Origin: an uncultured virus (IMG/VR IMGVR_UViG_3300036761_000818)
Lineage: Duplodnaviria; Heunggongvirae; Uroviricota; Caudoviricetes
Strand: one strand, 5' to 3'
Virus record (IMG/VR): IMGVR_UViG_3300036761_000818
Length of the DNA: 27,641 bases
Part shown: positions 25,800-27,641 of the stretch, in pieces
Position numbering within the stretch: position 1 is the stretch's first letter
Layout of the letters: each line of letters starts with the position of its first letter
Notes under the pieces: generated by a model
Database searches by the model: none
What the model saw: the letters and a program-made list of their open reading frames with translations, nothing else
What the model was told of the DNA's origin: nothing
Position numbers and translations under genes: made by a program

Positions 25800-26231
25800 C
25801 TACTCGGTTGGCTGCTCCTCGGGGAGCCGGTTCTTCACGGCGCCGCGAGGGATCGGGACGATCTTGCTGTCGCCGTTGCCGTTGCCGTCCGTCGCTTCCT
25901 TCACCGGGACGACGCGCTCCTTCTTCTCTTCCGGCGCCGTGAACGTGAGGTAGCACGGGTACTTCCCGAACGGCTCCAGCTTCATGTCTCCCGGGATCAG
26001 CGTGAGCCCGCGCTTCCCCACGACCTCCAGGATGATCGTGTTCCGCTCGGCTTCGAGGAACTTCATCCGATCCTGATGAAGCGTGGTCTGCATGTTCGAT
26101 CCTTCGGAATGCTTCAAGATCGCCATGTTGACCTTGATCGCCTCTTCGGGCGTCAGTTCGAGTTTCGTTAGCACTGGTTGGCTCCTCCGTTCCCTGTTTC
26201 TGTCCCTGTTCTTCTTGAATCCCTGGCTCAT
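25800..26231 (-). CDS. hypothetical protein (143 aa)
   Basis: Clean ORF packed between its neighbours. Confidence 0.7.
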   Translation of the reverse strand: MSQGFKKNRDRNRERRSQPVLTKLELTPEEAIKVNMAILKHSEGSNMQTTLHQDRMKFLEAERNTIILEVVGKRGLTLIPGDMKLEPFGKYPCYLTFTAPEEKKERVVPVKEATDGNGNGDSKIVPIPRGAVKNRLPEEQPTE

Positions 26232-26267
26232 CTTAGCCCCACTACTGGCATTCTACCCCCAGGATGG

Positions 26268-26537
26268 CTACGGGCCAACACCGATCTTGTCCACGTCCTT
26301 GTCTCCGCTCTTCGGAGGCGCGTTCCACTCGTACTGGTTCACGCCATCGGAGTCGCAAACCATCATGCTCACCGTGTTGTCTTTTTCTATCTTCGCGCAG
26401 AAGCGACACATGCCCTTCTTGTCGAAGAGTCGCACGACGCCGTTCTGGCCGGGCTCAAGCGCGTTCGCCTCGACGACCACGTTGCCGTCATCGTCTTGGA
26501 TCACGAATCCGTCCTTGTCGAAGACCTGGACCGGCAC
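26268..26537 (-). CDS. hypothetical protein downstream of the fibre
   Basis: GAGGAG RBS plus GTG directly after the fibre stop. Confidence 0.65.
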   Translation of the reverse strand: MPVQVFDKDGFVIQDDDGNVVVEANALEPGQNGVVRLFDKKGMCRFCAKIEKDNTVSMMVCDSDGVNQYEWNAPPKSGDKDVDKIGVGP

Positions 26538-26538
26538 G

Positions 26539-27639
26539 CTATATCTCCTCGATTCGCATCCAGCATTGATCGACGACCGTGTCCGCTGCGCCGCCCGCGC
26601 CGGGCGCCGTCGAGCGCACTTCCACGGTATCTGCTGCGGCGAGCGTGAACTCTACCTGCGCGCACGTCTGCGTGACGTTGCTGTTCGTGCTGAAGTTGGC
26701 ACCCTGCGTCACCGTGCGTGGTTGCGAGACTCCGTTGACGAAGTACGCGAGCGTGATGTTCTTCTCTGCCGCCGCGCTCGGGTTCCAGACGATCTGGTAC
26801 GAGAGCCTGTACTGCCCCGCTCGAACGATCGTGACCGTTGTCCCGGGCGCAGCGAAGGTGAACGATCCCACGTCTTGGAACTGGCTCGTCTGCCACGTCA
26901 TCGTGACGCTGGCATCGAGGTCTTGGCTGACGGTCTGCACGAGTTGGATTCGACGCGGGGCGCAGACGGTCCGGTACGCCTCGGCGTTGGTCCCGCTCTC
27001 CCAATTCTGCTTCGTCGCGTTGTAGCGGAGGCGCCCTTCGGATGCGGCGCTGACGGGCTGCGCTACCCCGTTCGTCGTCTCCAGCACTGAACCGAGGGTA
27101 GCCGCCGTGTTCCCGAGGAAGCGGAAGACGTTGAGGGGGGCTCCGGCCGCGCCGAGGATGCACTGGTTTGCGGCTGTGGCCGTGGCGCCCGCACCGAGGG
27201 CGAGCGACGCCGCGAAGCCCGCCGTTGTTGCCGCCGCTCCGAGCGCTGTTGAGGTCACTCCGCTCGCCGTGGCCCCCGCGCCGACCGCCGTCGAACTTGC
27301 GGCGGAAGCCCCGGTCGTCGCCGAGACGCCGATCGCCGTTCCTCCGACGCCACTCGCTGCCGCAGCCTGACCGACAACCGTCGCGTCGGTCGCAGCGGCA
27401 GTAACCGACGCGCCGATTCCGATGACGGTGCATGTGGAGTTCGCAGCGGAGAGAACGATGTTCCCGAGCACGATCGACGCAACCGCACCGAGAGGGAGAA
27501 ACGCTCCACTTCCGATTGCGATTGCGACTGCGTTCCGAGCGTTCGCACCCTGGCCGATCGCGATGGCAGAGTTGGCCGACGCCGAGGCTGCGGCTCCGAT
27601 CGCGATGGAAAGAATGCCCCCCGCCGAGGCTGCGGCTCC
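26539..27639 (-). CDS. fibre/adhesin: YadA-head-like AIAIG repeats plus C1q/BclA-like C-terminal domain (5'-truncated)
   Basis: Frame is open to the window edge; ~14-aa repeats SIAIGAAASA/AIAIGQGANA/TALGAAAT; EGRLRYN motif; C-terminal TVTIVRAGQYRLSYQI...LAAADTVEV. Confidence 0.8.
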   Translation of the reverse strand, partial: GAAASAGGILSIAIGAAASASANSAIAIGQGANARNAVAIAIGSGAFLPLGAVASIVLGNIVLSAANSTCTVIGIGASVTAAATDATVVGQAAAASGVGGTAIGVSATTGASAASSTAVGAGATASGVTSTALGAAATTAGFAASLALGAGATATAANQCILGAAGAPLNVFRFLGNTAATLGSVLETTNGVAQPVSAASEGRLRYNATKQNWESGTNAEAYRTVCAPRRIQLVQTVSQDLDASVTMTWQTSQFQDVGSFTFAAPGTTVTIVRAGQYRLSYQIVWNPSAAAEKNITLAYFVNGVSQPRTVTQGANFSTNSNVTQTCAQVEFTLAAADTVEVRSTAPGAGGAADTVVDQCWMRIEEI

Positions 27640-27641
27640 TA

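Overview
GC-rich window, most consistent with part of a large bacteriophage or provirus genome. No terminase, portal or capsid gene is recognisable inside it. Bases 1-3984 (+) carry a replication/recombination module: a Pif1-like helicase cut at its Walker A motif, a serine recombinase and small ORFs. From about 4 kb to the end, nearly all genes are tightly packed on the minus strand. In transcription order these are: a YadA-head/C1q-like fibre; many small membrane proteins, several with N-terminal GLG/LG motifs; a block of 'polyvalent'-type effectors (GHKL ATPase-zincin, SNF2 ATPase, an 1107-aa GNAT/kinase polyprotein, ParB-like, HEXXH peptidase, a second kinase); and more small membrane proteins. 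Main observations: (1) an Asn-Pro (xNP) motif recurs at apparent domain junctions of the effector proteins, and one NP-led C-terminal module is shared by two unrelated proteins; (2) a separately promoted DIP1984-like gene is followed immediately by a ~213-nt highly base-paired putative ncRNA; (3) an in-frame UGA splits a GLG membrane-protein gene; (4) a palindromic CGTAAGTCCTT/AAGGACTTACG site family lies beside the recombinase and recurs 2.5 kb away. All family calls come from motif recognition by eye, not database searches.
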